62,755 nucleotides of DNA, filler included, from Sphacelaria rigidula (GCA_964200075.2; 9 parts of 9 records of this genome joined end to end with filler, not necessarily neighbours in it); one strand, 5' to 3'. Shown: positions 24,146-36,454, counted from the first letter of the whole stretch. Program-made: numbers and translations. The notes: generated by a model not told the origin, from the sequence alone.

Positions 24146-25720
24146 CGGGAAGCATGTTCAATGAATGGCATCTCGCATCAGTACCACATATGTGGACATC
24201 GAATACGATGATCGGGTTGCACGCCACCACCCTCGCTCGCGTTCCTCCTCGTGATATATACAAGTTCAGCATCCCGACCACACTATGATACCGAGCGACT
24301 CAACAGCCTGTGTCTCCTGTTGTCCTTGCGCTCGATATGTTCATGTAGGAGAGGAACGTCATTCCTTCTGTATTCAATGTGTTCGTCTCGTGGTCGGTTT
24401 CGTGAATCAGCTTATGTGGAGTAAATTCGTCAATGACCACACGATTCAAATAACATGTGATTGTTGAATGTGAATTCGAATCAGTCTTCATGTCCGTCTT
24501 ATTTTTAGTTGCTGGGTGCGGATTTACGTTAATAGGATTGGCGAGGCCGATGGTAGCGTCATGTTGTGTGATCTTTCCTGCGATTGTTTCGACAAATCTT
24601 GAACGGGAAATGGAAATGCCAAAGTGACAGCCGTGCTGCTACTCCCTGTCTACATCGTCTTCTTATCTATAAACCTCCCCTGACCTCGCCATGGTCCCAT
24701 CGTGGTCGGTTCCGAAAACCCGCCGAAATAAAACGGGTGACGGCCGTTGAACTTAGTGGGTCCGACGATACACGGTCGGGCGTGCCTCTTACGGACGATA
24801 CAGGCAATTCACATCACCTCAGAAGCTGCATCGAGATAACATGTTTGCGGGCCCTTGACGTGAGCACGGAATCAAGCACGCGATATAATTGTTGACATCG
24901 TATGTCGTCGGTTTCTGAAACCGGCCATCCTTGGTGATTCTGTATGACAAAATCGCCCCGTCTCCTTCGATGATTGTTCGAAGTGTACCCGTCCGTGCAT
25001 GGTGTGATCAGTTGTTGTACGAATATAAAGTTCAATGGTGGCACTCTCGCTACAACGTATTGACATATGCGATATTTCACTTGTTCCGGAGGTCAAACGT
25101 CGATTCGCGAAACCGGCCCGTTGTTGAGGGTATGGGTTTCTTTTGTATTCCAGTCGAATGATGAAGTAATATTGATTTCGACCGAAATGGAGGGTCTGAT
25201 GTTTACAACGCTTCTATGAGTCCATGACCCGATGAACTCGGTGTGTTCGATGGACCCCGATTGGTTTTAGCGATATTTTCTGTGCGGATGCCGACGTCTA
25301 CATGGGATTTGTGCCCGTCGCCGAAGGTATACGCGCGGGTGTGACCATGAACGAACATATAATTCATGTCATATGCAGGCCACTGCAGCGTTCCAACCGC
25401 CTTTCTCGTGTTCGATATGCAGACCACTTCAGTGTTTCCAGTCTCCTTACTCATGTTGCGGCAGGATAAGGAAGTTGTGTGTACTAGCTGTGTGTACTTG
25501 GTGCTGTTGAAAGACTGCGAGGTTTTTTAGGGAGTATCGTGTGCGGGATGGTGTGTTTTGGGCTTGCGCCGAAAAGCGGTGCAGTTTGTGTGGGACTCTC
25601 AATCGCAAGCGTGTATGACGGGTAGCTTTCGCGTGCGTGGTTCGAGGTCGACTCGGGGGGGAGGAAATTATCACAATCACGGCCCTTATTGACGAAGGGG
25701 ATTTTGGCCCTCCTTCTTGA

Positions 25721-25821
25721 CCCTTAGACCGCTACGGTAGTCCGCCTGGATCATGCGTCGTTTCTTTCAAGTGAGAGACAATTGGCGATTCAAGAAATGA
25801 CCTGCTCTCGGCGACGGAGGG
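25721..25821. mobile_element. piggyBac-like mini-element (diverged)
   Basis: TTGA|CCCTTAGACCGC ... GAGGG|TCGA; homologous to 30653 and 39555. Confidence 0.6.
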
Positions 25822-25970
25822 TCGACGAAGGGGAAAATGCCCTTCTTCAAAATCCCCGTATGGCAACCCGACGGCTATTAGGTCGCCGCGATACCACCGC
25901 CGCCCCCCCAAAACAAAGAAAAGAGCGCAATTTGCTCAGTGTTCCCCGTTGTTGGGGGGGTCAGGAAGTA

Positions 25971-26416
25971 ACACGGGTGCCTCAAAATTGGATCTGGATC
26001 TGCTATTGGGGATTATAAATCAGGAGAATTAGAGTTTTCGTATCCGCGCCAAGTCTTTGAGTTATGGTTCCATTTGTTCACCTGCCGATATATGTTGGGA
26101 TCTGATGCATGCCGTAGAATTTGGATTTCGATCACCAAAGTGTTGGATTGGAGTATTAGGTGACAAACCAATTTCGGAACCAGTTCTGCGTCCGTTCGGA
26201 CACCCGGATTTCCCCAACATTGGTGTTTCACTGGGGATCCCAGCAATTAGGTGATCAAAATCCACATTTCTATGGCGTGTAGCAGTCGTCAATAGCCGTT
26301 AGTAGGTGAACAAGTGGTGCCATATTTCGAATATTTGTCGTGGACACGAACGTTTTAATTCTCTGGCTTTCGCATCTCCGACAACATACTCATCACCAAC
26401 TTGAAAGATCCCGTGT
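25971..26416. mobile_element. Fold-back MITE family C
   Basis: ACACGGG...CCCGTGT ends; palindromic body homologous to 45825-46268 and 6295-6660. Confidence 0.75.
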
Positions 26417-26679
26417 GAGGTGCGAAAAGACGTCCTGAAATCTCCTTTTCAAAACGTCCACACCTAAAATGACTGAAAAAAAACAGAATCCGGCCAACAC
26501 TTAAATCGGGGCTGCAAAAGATCGGACAGCCGCGCTGGAATCCTCGTGAAGAATGAAGCAAATCTTCCCGACGGGGCAAAATCCGCCAAGGCCCGTATTC
26601 CGCCAAAAATCCATGATGAGAGGTAAAAAAGGGCAGTTCTCAGGCAGATTTGTTTTCAGTCTATATAAGAAGCGGCCTA

Positions 26680-27156
26680 AGGCTAATTCTTATGTATCAA
26701 AAAGTGAACCTTGTTCACAAGTACATTTTTGGCCCTTCTCCGTCGTTTTGGTCCCCAAAAGAGGGCTAGGCGGATGTGGACACCTTGGAATGACTTGCTC
26801 TACTCGCTGAGACCGTTGTCCAGAGCACCTGTGCGTTTTGTCTAGGTCACAGTTCCGTTCTTGGCCAAAATTGCGTTTTCAATAACAAACGGTCAAATTA
26901 TCGAAAAACAGGGGGAAAACTGCATTTTTTTCAACAACTCGACTGTCCGTTATCCAAAATGCATTTTTGGTCAAGAGCGCAACTGTGACCTAGACAAAAC
27001 GCAAATGTGCTCTGGAGAACGGTCTCAGCGAGTAGAGCAAGTCATTCCATGGTGTCCACATCCGCCTAGACCCTCCTTGGGGGACAAAAACGACGGAGAA
27101 GGGCCAAAAATCCCCTTGTGAACAAGTTTCACTTTTTGATACATAAGAAGCAGCCC
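26680..27156. mobile_element. Fold-back MITE family A (well-preserved palindrome)
   Basis: TTCTTATGTATCAAAAAGTGAA ... TTCACTTTTTGATACATAAGAA; ~230-bp arms. Confidence 0.85.
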
Positions 27157-27160
27157 TCAA

Positions 27161-27375
27161 AAGTGCTTTTTTGGCCCTTCCTCGCTGTTTTTCCCCCGGA
27201 AAGAGGGCTAGGCGGATGATGACACCTTGGAATGACTTCCTGTGCTCGTAGAGACCGCCTGAGAGTATCTTTGCGTTCCCCGTAGGTCACAGTTTTGTTT
27301 TTGACCAAACTATTATTTTCAATAATAAACGGTCAACTTATTATCCAAAAACAGGGTGAAAACTGCCATTTTTCT
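27161..27375 (+). mobile_element. Half-copy (left arm) of family A in tandem
   Basis: TTTTGGCCCTTC...GAGGGCTAGGCGGATG...ACACCTTGGAATGACTT repeats the preceding left arm. Confidence 0.7.
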
Positions 27376-27838
27376 GATGACTTGAAACACTATATTCGTG
27401 AGATTCCGATGGTAGTTTCAGATTCAGAGTGGATGCTCAGCGTTCCTAACAGTGAACTTTTGTTCCTCTTTATTAGCTTCAGCACACGTGCTGTGCATGC
27501 AGCTACCGTACATTATACCCCATTCGAGGAATTCGGCGGTCTGGTTGGTGAGATACCGCACAATGCATTATGACGCCTGGGGGGCATTTAGCACTATATT
27601 CGTGAGATTCAGAACGTAGTTTCAAATTCAGAGTCAGACCCGAAACGATTGACTTTCCCGTCGATTTTGATATCGCCACAGTTCGAGGAGTCATGCGCCC
27701 AGCCGGTGAAGCAGAGGCTTCAATGGAAGCTGTCACCTACACGATCAATTTGAACCATCACTTGATCGCAACGACGTAGTCACTACGTTGCAACAAAAAC
27801 TCCCCTCTTTCAGGAAAAACCGATTAATGTCTGAAACA

Positions 27839-27938
27839 NNNNNNNNNNNNNNNNNNNNNNNNNNNNNNNNNNNNNNNNNNNNTTAATTAATTAANNNNNN
27901 NNNNNNNNNNNNNNNNNNNNNNNNNNNNNNNNNNNNNN
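27839..27938. other. Artificial contig spacer
   Basis: N44-TTAATTAATTAA-N44. Confidence 0.98.
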
Positions 27939-28076
27939 CTAGATACTGACTATCCTCGATTTCTGCTGTGTTATGGGGGAGGAGCTGAGGTGAATGGCGG
28001 TGGTTGTTAGTATTTGTGCTTGTGCTACGACGACAATTCAAAATTTATAAAAATGATATATACCGTCATACTCCAT

Positions 28077-28212
28077 TTTCAACCCTTGCCCTTGCCTGGG
28101 ACACCGATGAGTCAGTCAATCCGTAGTCTCATGGGATAAACTCTCATGTTTCCCCCCGGTACGAGTACAAGCCTGGAATTTTCGTGCTGATCAGCACTCC
28201 CGCACTGTGTCG
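28077..28212 (-). repeat. Dispersed repeat family F, copy 2
   Basis: CCGTAGTCTCATGGGAT...CCCCCGGTACG...TCAGCACTCCCGCAC matches 56448-56575. Confidence 0.6.
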
Positions 28213-28799
28213 ACTTTTTTTGCTAGACAATCACCGCGCAAAAATACTGGCATTTCCTCAGGTTTCTCATCACTACCCGAACTATACCGCGCAAACATAT
28301 TGCTCCCAGTTTCCTGTACAGGAAAGCAAAATGAACTCCACTAGTCAACATGGCGTCACCCGAGTAGGTCAGTGGTACAGGCTGGTTCAGGGTGAAGGAC
28401 TAAAGTTAACTCCAGTGCCTCCTCACATTTTGTTCAACGACGGGACTCGGGTACTTCTCGGAATGAAAACACACACACACATTTACCGGGATTCAGATCC
28501 TCAATCTTGCGCCCTATTCCGCTCCAAGGCACACCAGTTAAATCATCGAGACACGACGGACGGTATGTAGGTGTTTCATCTCTGTAAGGGATCGGAGATA
28601 TATGGACAAGTATGTGACTCAGCTGGTCCATGCCAGAGTGGACGTGAGACACACACACTACCTTCAACTCATTTTGTATACGGGTACATTAAAAAACACC
28701 AGCGAAGTGCTCACGTCTCTGTGGCCGAAGCTACAACGCTTGTGGTTGTTGCAAAAGGATTCAGAGCGACCAAAACTTTAACCAAGCGATTAACAGGGT

Positions 28800-29148
28800 G
28801 AATCTCCCCGGTGGCTCAGTTGATAACCTCGAAACCCTCTGAAGGTTGGGTCGTGGGTTCACCTCTCGGAGCGATCTGGGATTTTTTCTCACGCCGTGCC
28901 CAACAGCGGAGAGCGACCATGTCGTGAGTACACAAAATTCGACTGAACGGTCGACGACGGAAAGGAACTGCTGAACCCCTCTCGCGATAAAAAAAGAAAG
29001 GCAAGCACCGCAGAAGGAAGGTGGAGTGCTTGGAAAAAGAAAAAAAAAGCCCCGGTGTTGACCTTTCTCCTGTGTGACCCCGGCTGATGCGCCCACATAT
29101 ACCGGAAGCTGTAGACCGGCGTCCAGAATAGAAGGGACGACAACACAC
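28800..29148 (+). mobile_element. tRNA-derived SINE, copy 2
   Basis: CCCGGTGGCTCAGTTG ... GTGGGTTCACCTC head, shared body, ACAACACAC tail. Confidence 0.85.
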
Positions 29149-29192
29149 GTTCAAGATTGTGTTTTGTAGGATGTACCGGCTGGAATTATCAA

Positions 29193-29326
29193 CCCTTTGG
29201 GAACCCATCGATGATTTTTTGGTATTGTCAATCGGCACCACTTTGATTTGAAAATGAGTGATTTGAAAATGAGTGAAAATGATGTCGATTCTCAAAAACA
29301 AAGATCGTTAATGGGTTTTCAAAGGC
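29193..29326. mobile_element. piggyBac-like mini-element (subfamily 2)
   Basis: TCAA|CCCTTTGGGAACCCAT ... ATGGGTTTTCAAAGGC|TTAA, with inner IR AATCGGCACCA / TGATGTCGATT. Confidence 0.75.
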
Positions 29327-29503
29327 TTAATAATAAGATAGTTACACAAGTAAAAAAGAGGAGTTGTATTAGTAAATGACCTTCCGGACCATATCGGAGT
29401 GCTCGGACCAGGTTTGTCTCCCGCTTTTCAACAAAAACAAATCCACCCCCAACAACCCCAACAAATCCCAAACAACAAATAAACGAACTTTAAATTAAAA
29501 TAA

Positions 29504-29621
29504 CCCTTTTGGAACTCATTGACGATTATTGTTTTTGTGAATCGGCATCATTCTCAGTAATTTTCGAGTCAAAATGATGTCGATTCACAAGAACAAAAGT
29601 GGTTGATGGGTTCCCAAAGGG
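29504..29621. mobile_element. piggyBac-like mini-element (subfamily 2)
   Basis: ATAA|CCCTTTTGGAACTCAT ... ATGGGTTCCCAAAGGG|TTAC, with inner IR GTGAATCGGCATCAT / ATGATGTCGATTCAC. Confidence 0.75.
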
Positions 29622-30093
29622 TTACATCATATACTTATTACATTATCTTCCCCTCTGTCAAAAATATAACGTTCACTTCCCATCCCAAAAACATTCCCAT
29701 TCCATCCTGAGGCAAACATCGTCAATTATTTCTTTGATTAATATATTCATCAATTTATTGTGGAGGATGAAACGCTTCGTATCAACTTCAATTTCTTACA
29801 ACGAAGAGAAATCGTGACAATTTTGGAAAGAAAAATTGCACTCCGGGAGGGAGGGGAGGGGAGGGGAGTATCCTTCCGACCCATACCAGAAATATTCGGC
29901 ACAAACTTCGGTATGGTTCACGCCAACCGAAAATTTCCCCCTTCCAGATATATACCCTATATAAATACCGAACACAACCTTTGAATAATTGACTGGCCCG
30001 GACAGGAGACACCGGCGGGTGCAGAGGCTTTGACTACCCGATTTGAGGTTAAGTAATAAATCCTACTCGTGCTCCCCACGTACGTGCCCGCAC

Positions 30094-30263
30094 CTTGTCA
30101 TCCAGCGTGAAGGCGCTGTTGAAATTCTCCACGGCGCGAATCGCCATCATGCTCGTCGTCGCCACAGCGGGACGAGACCGTGATGAAGTTGATGATCGTC
30201 GTGATCCAGGCCTACTCCTTCGTCCTCCGGCATGAGGGACGGAGTTGGTAGATAACCGTACAC
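30094..30263 (-). CDS. Putative exon, Ser/Arg-rich transit-peptide-like stretch followed by MMAIRAVENFNSAFTLDDK
   Basis: GCAG|GT acceptor and AAG|GTGCGG donor on the minus strand; 170-bp open frame. Confidence 0.45.
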
Positions 30264-30300
30264 CTGCACACATATCGATTGATCCATCAATCAATTGGTT

Positions 30301-30564
30301 CAAGGGTCGGACAAATCAATGATTCGTCTGGAAATTGCCTGGTTTTAGTGTGATTGATTCGAATCGTACGAATCAATAATCCCTAGGCTTTGTTTTCAGC
30401 GTTGCAACCCAGGAGGTACACGCAACCCAGACACGTGGAATGGCGCAAAAGTTGCTTGGATACCCCTTGGACCAGCGGTCAACTTTTTTCTCCCTTTTGG
30501 GCAATCAGGCCGAAGAATTCGTGGATTTGGTGATTCGTAGTCGTGATGGTTCGTCCTAACCGTG
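30301..30564 (-). mobile_element. hAT-like MITE family B, copy 4
   Basis: CAAGGGTCGGACAAA / TTCGTCCTAACCGTG termini. Perfect 8-bp TSD AATTGGTT (30293-30300, 30565-30572). Confidence 0.92.
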
Positions 30565-30652
30565 AATTGGTTGATTGGTTGACTGCCGCACACTATCTGC
30601 CTCGACACGGAATCCAGCCGTGGTCAGTCGGTAAAAAGACAGACGAGCTTAA

Positions 30653-30749
30653 CCCCTAGACCGCGAGTGTAGGTCGTCTGGCCATGCAGTCATTTTTCGA
30701 GTGAGATTGATGCTGATTCAACAGATGACCTATACTCGCGATCAAAGAG
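30653..30749. mobile_element. piggyBac-like mini-element (97 bp)
   Basis: TTAA|CCCCTAGACCGCGAGTGTAGGTCGTCTG ... CAGATGACCTATACTCGCGATCAAAGAG|TTCA. Confidence 0.75.
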
Positions 30750-31851
30750 TTCAGGGGAATAAACGGAAGCCACTCCCCCAATAGGGGAAAAAAAAAAAGT
30801 AGTCAGCTGCAATGGCACTGGGGAAGTCGAGGACGAAAGCGAGGCTGTGATGGCTCTGTATGCGTAGAGGTCACGTCTGCGTCTTTGCAATCGCCAACGG
30901 CGGCCCACACGCGTTTCAGTGAGGATGATTGATGTCCATGTTCCGGCTGCATTCGCGCTGCACAAGGAGGCCCCGCCGGCACCAACTGGCGAAGCCTCCC
31001 TTGCGACAATGGGAGATGTTTGTAGTGGAAACGGGCTGGTACTGTGGGACATTGCCCATGTTCACCGATCGTCCGATTGGACAACGTCGTCTTCATCTGC
31101 ACGACACCCTCGGACCCCAGACGACAGTTCAGCTTACAACGACGAAGCCGATTTCTTTTCTACGCCAGCACCTAGTCATGTGGTGAACCCGCCAGGTGAT
31201 TCGTTTTTTGTCTGTCTGGTTCAAAGGTTCCGATCCAGCTTGACGTTGTCTATTAATCGTTATGGTGATTCGTGTATAATTTTGTGCCGTAATCAGATTT
31301 CGTCCCGTAATTAATTTCACACCAAGTGTGACATTGGTTCCTAATTTGTTTCCGTGCTTCTGCGTAGATGATGTGGAACAGGACGAGGGAGGTTCGGACG
31401 TCGATGTTGAATGTCATCGTGATAAGAGCGGTAGCAGCTGGTCGTGTCAAGCAAACCACGCCGGCGGAGCAGGGGCGGGAGAAGGGAGCGAAGGCAATGT
31501 GGACCGTGTGAGGATCGCCAACATTGTGACGAGCGCGACCTACGTTTTGTTGTTGTTGTTGTTCTGGCAACGCTTGGCAAGCCATGTTTGTAGGGCTGTA
31601 AACTGGACCAGTTTGTACTGGCGATTAAAGTGGAAGTGGAGTTTAACTGGAACTGGTGATGAGGACTGCAGTTTATCAAGTTTATTTGAAGTTTGCCGTT
31701 ACCGACTATTTTTATACCGAGTTTAGTGTGGGGAGTTTATGACAAAGATGCTTACATCATTACGAACAAAATGACAGTAGAATTGGGGCCTGCACCTGAC
31801 AGCAGTACAAGTACAGACAGTACTCGTGCTACGAGGTGGGCCAGCCTAGAA

Positions 31852-32159
31852 GCGGATTCGGAGTTTCACGCTCATTTGCAATTTGATACTCGGAGTGGGA
31901 TTCTAAATTTTGGTATGGACAATCAGTAGGGCATAATAACAAAAATGTGCATGAACTCACAGTTTCTTCTTTTTTTTTTTCCATGATTTAACGGCAGTTT
32001 ACTAAAACCTGGAAACTGATTATTGCCTTTAACTCATGAAAAACGAAGAACTGTTTGGGTCCACGTACAACTTCTTTTTTATGCCCTATTGATTGTCCAT
32101 ACCAAATTTCAGGGCCCGACTCCAAGCATTGAATTACGAATGGGCCGTTTAAAATCCGC
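31852..32159. mobile_element. Fold-back element (further family)
   Basis: TTTGGTATGGACAATCAGTAGGGCATAA ... TTATGCCCTATTGATTGTCCATACCAAA inverted arms. Confidence 0.7.
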
Positions 32160-32801
32160 GTGGGTAAAAATTCGGAACATTATTGTGTAGGCCACTTACC
32201 GGCCCATGTTGGGTGTTTTGTGTAGTGAAATTTATGTGGGACCTCGCTAGGGCATGATGAACCAAAAAAAGTGAGTCATTTTTTTTTTCATGGTTTAGGC
32301 CGTTATAGTATGGTAACGACCATTTTTGTACGAGAACGCCCGAAACTCTTCCCCTCCCCCAAAACGAAGGCCCATTCTATTTCATTGAGCATACTTTTAT
32401 CCCCGCGTGCTGCCAGCCTTGGCTAGCTTGCATCCTCTTCTCCTCACGGAGAGTCTGCTGCTGCATATCACAGATGAATGATTGTCGAATCGGTCACCGC
32501 TTTGAATGGGATTTAAATGCCATCCAAGACTTTTGGCTCCTCAATGTGAGGGGTCACATTTTCCACATTTTTTAAATATTTATTGAAGGAAAAACAGGCC
32601 AAATGACGCAATTTTTCTCGCCTACACCGGCGCCCCGGGGGGGCCCCTCACTATCCGCGGGGAGCCGTTTGCGGCTGGTGGCTTCACCCCTCGCACGACT
32701 TCATCACTTTTCTGCAGCGCGTAAGCATCATACTTGACAGTTTTTACGATAGCTCCTCCCCCCAAACCAGCCCAAAAGTGTCACTAAAAAAATGGTCATA
32801 C

Positions 32802-32995
32802 AGCGCTTCATTTTTGGGTTCAGGCTGCATGAAGCGCCTCATATGGGCGACATTGGCGAGAACGAACCCAAGCGTGGGAATTCCCAGCTGTTCGTTGTGC
32901 TCGGCTTTTTCCACTTCGATATACGTTAACATTTCGCCTCCCCAAACCAGGCACTTTTTTCGGGGGTGGCGGGGTATAGTAGAAAAAGTGTCACT
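32802..32995 (-). repeat. Dispersed repeat shared with ~13715-13870
   Basis: GGTTCAGGCTGCATGAAGCGCCTCATAT...AGAACGAACCCAAGC is the reverse complement of the contig-2 segment. Confidence 0.75.
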
Positions 32996-33073
32996 TGTCG
33001 CACGCCGTTCTGTTGTAAGTCATCTCGTTTGTATCGTTGGCGTCTCTAACGTGGGCGGGAAGGTGCCGAGAGC

Positions 33074-34590
33074 GCGATCGCGGTTCGCCTGGACATTTTC
33101 CATGCACCCCAACGCATCTCGCGCTTGTTGATGAAAAGCCACGGGGCGTTCAAGCCTTTCATGTCTCGGTTAAGAGACGCATACCTCATCGTGAATCGAG
33201 ACGGCATGACGGAGACAAGTAGTCTTCACCACGTCGGCAGCGCTCCCACCGATATTTAGATAACTAACAGACAAAAAAAAAAATTAATCCCAACCACAAA
33301 CGCCCATGGTATAATCGCCTCACGTCTTCGCAACACGCGGCAGGCTGAGAAAGCTCTCGAATCTGCAGGAATGACACCGGTGGGCGGATACAAGGATAAA
33401 AACTGGACGTACTTCTTGAAGCACTGCCGTCGGTTGGTACCGGAACGGGAGCGTTTGTTGGCGCGATTCGATTCGGTGATCAACCATTTCAATGGTGTTA
33501 TCGATTCGAAATCGGGGGAAGAATTGCTGCGACCGAAAGTACTGGCAGCCATCAAGCTGCTCCGTCTGCCTATCTCCGACGGATGCCTGAGTGACCCGGA
33601 AGGAGTCCCGCTGTACTACACGATGGGCAGGAGTCGGCGATGCGTCAGAGGAACACGCAGCACGGAGGTTGGTTGTGATCAATGTATTCAGGAATTTCCG
33701 GTACATTCCCCCCCCCCCCTCATGTTCTTCGGATGGCGTAGCTCTTGGTTCTCCGTAAGTATCGCTCGCCCAGGTGTTTGTTCGTCTGATCTTGAAACTC
33801 AGGGTAGACTGGCACATGTCGCCGAACATAGTTCCGATTCGCGCGTTCGTCTTCTTTGCTTCAGGGCTATCACCGCTATCTACGGACCCTGCTCTCGTCG
33901 CGTCGTATTGTGCCTCTCCTAAACTCGCCCACTCCATCCTTCTCGAGTTCAATTATCGCTGGGACATCAATGTGGCTGTGAAAAACCGTGGATTGCAGAC
34001 GGCGCTCGATTCTTTCTTTACGACCAGTCAGATATTGACACCATACAGTGTAAGATGGCTGATTGGTATCCAGACACACCTCTTCTTCCTCATTGGGTCT
34101 CTGCGCTTGATGCCGCAGATACTGGTGAAAGAAGCGGGCTTTCTCAAAGTACGTGGGGGTCTCTTGATGCTGATGTAGAGGCGAACCCGCCGAGTGGAGA
34201 CGTGCCGGTAAATATTTTCGACGAGCAGGGTTCGGTTCAAAACACCGTGCCATTCCCAAGACTCACGCACTCCGCCAAGCGATATGCACGCATGATGAAG
34301 GCTGGAATGCCTGAAGTGCCGGTGCACACTGGTGGAGCAGAGAGACGCATATTCAAAAGCGAACTCGACGACAAACCGTTTTTGCCCTGAAGATCAAAGC
34401 GGCAGACTCCAACAGCATCAGCATATCATTTTCGATAAGTGAGCAGTAAAGTGGAACAAGTACTGTGAACACATCGAGTCCGGCGAGGTAGGGTGGGAGG
34501 CAGTCCATCGAACGACCTCTGAGCAACTGGAGGGGTACCATGAGCAACATATGCAGAGTACGAATATCACGCTAACAATGCTTCCAACTC
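33074..34590 (+). pseudogene. Dada-type DDE transposase relic (C-terminal half) with introns 33215-33343 and 33668-33864
   Basis: Motifs in order: VRLDIFH (DxxH, 33083-33103), SHGAFKPFMSRLRDA, HCRRLVP, GCLSDPEGVPLYY, RCVRGTRSTE|GYH (catalytic E at the splice junction), LEFNYRW, PVHT..ERRIF, KWN...EQLEGY. Frameshifts, a stop and a degenerate first donor show decay. Confidence 0.75.
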
Positions 34591-34822
34591 GTGTACAGCA
34601 CCAGCATTTGCGCACAGATTTGCAGCTACTTGCGGGAGGGAAACAATTTGATCGCTTGGTCGGCGAAGCAGTACCCGAGCCAACCCCACAGAAGCGACCT
34701 CGGGAAGGCGTCACCAGCAGTGACGAGAGGGGTTCGGCAGCGGGGGGGCTGTACTCATGATAATGCATGCCATAGTCATAAGACCATTGACCTCGCATCC
34801 CAACAAAGCCGGGACGGAGCAC

Positions 34823-34922
34823 NNNNNNNNNNNNNNNNNNNNNNNNNNNNNNNNNNNNNNNNNNNNTTAATTAATTAANNNNNNNNNNNNNNNNNNNNNN
34901 NNNNNNNNNNNNNNNNNNNNNN
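34823..34922. other. Artificial contig spacer
   Basis: N44-TTAATTAATTAA-N44. Confidence 0.98.
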
Positions 34923-35189
34923 GTGTCAGCCCTGGCCTAGCATGTCCTTCGAGAGTGAAGCCAGTATCACCTCGTGATCAGACCACGACAGGGGCACAGT
35001 TGCACGTTCTGCCCACAAAAAGAGGCAGAAAGAGATCGATCTTTGGAGTGGTCAGCGCGACAAACCAAACCCGGATACGTCAGTCAAGATGCGGCAAGCC
35101 GAGCCGCATCTTTGGTTTGAGCTGTACAACTAGCCGCCTGCAGTTGTCGTGCCGAGGGAAGGGCTGGGAATTTGTGTGAGTAGTAGTAA

Positions 35190-35310
35190 CCTCCTGCCGA
35201 TCTCTCGACAGATTGGGAATCACCAAACGAAGACGCGCAAAGGGCAAGGGCGAGGACCTTCCTCTCCGCCATTGCTCCTTCGGTGGTATCGTCATCGACA
35301 CATGTGTACA
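35190..35310 (+). mobile_element. Possible DIRS/Ngaro-type reverse transcriptase remnant
   Basis: SLDRLGITKRRRAKGKGEDLPLRHCSFGGIVIDT loosely fits the RT C-terminal pattern LxxLG....KG.......LGxxIDT. Confidence 0.3.
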
Positions 35311-35618
35311 CCGAATTGAGCGCACTCAGCCACACCTAGTCAAGCTTTAACACGAATACAATAGCTGCGAGTGCTTTCCTGACCCGAACTATTCTGGCGG
35401 AAACGGCGAAAATCCAAACTCAGATCCAACCTCACCGCGAGCTTGAACCCAATGTTCGGGGTACCCACTTTACTTTACGAACGGAGCTGTCAGGTTTCGC
35501 CAGTGCCATCATCTGCCCGGTTTTTGCAAAAAAGGAGTATGACGCCCACCTGGTACCACCACGCGTTGTGAGTGATCGGTATCCACGGTGTGCTATGGTG
35601 CCTGTTTCGGATGTACAG

Positions 35619-35758
35619 ACGTGGATACGTATGACAGTGAAAAGGCTACAGTTCTCGGCGGAGTTGGCTCGGCTGGAGGCCTTACGCATCGCCCACGAGA
35701 GGAAAGTAGCTTCGACGATCATTCAGCTCTGGTTTCGACACGTGGCTTGGAACTACAA
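35619..35758 (+). CDS. IQ calmodulin-binding motif protein, exon
   Basis: TACAG|ACG...TACAA|GTAAGT. (Q)TWIRMTVKRLQF and STIIQLWFRHVAWNY are IQ-like motifs. Ends in phase 2. Confidence 0.75.
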
Positions 35759-36387
35759 GTAAGTGGGATTGCGGAGCTACGAGTGAGTGGAATCACGGGG
35801 GGGTATGCCAATTTGTCTTCATCGATTGACTCGAAGGATGGAAGGAACAGCACTGTGGGCAACTCCAGATAATATCGCTGCCCTTCGTTTTTTTGCAACC
35901 GCATGTACACTGTCACATAATTGGGATCCCGTCCAAAACAAGTATGCTCAGTAGCATTTTCTTATCTTACGGATGCTCTATTGTTTTCTTGTTCTTGCCG
36001 CCGGCCTCACCACCAGCCACACGCGGTCCGGATAGCTAGAAACACAATACTGCCGTGGTTGTCCGCCTTGTATTGTCAAGTGGTGGGGCAGATATGCCAC
36101 GCACTGATTGACGTTTGAGATTATACCCAATACGATTTTTCTAAGATGGCTAATATTTCCCCCTCAGTTTAAACGCGGTGCACCTTGGGTATTCTGAAAC
36201 ACGAGGAAGGAACTGCAAGGATCCTGGATTTGGACCCTCAGCTTCATCTGTGAATATGAGGGTGTTACATTCGTCTCATACACACCAGTGCGCACGGCAC
36301 ATGGGGAAACCGTGGCAGAACATATGGGGGTGCACTCATGATCTTACATGCCGTAGTCATCACACCATCTATGCCTCTCTTGGGGGG

Positions 36388-36454
36388 CGTACTCATTTGT
36401 TGCTTGCCTTAGTCATTTGACCATTGACCACGCATCCCTTTCGAGACGGAGCAA
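36388..36454. mobile_element. 67-bp insertion flanked by a 15-bp direct repeat
   Basis: GCCTCTCTTGGGGGG at 36373-36387 and 36455-36469. The insert is homologous to 34742-34821. Confidence 0.65.
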
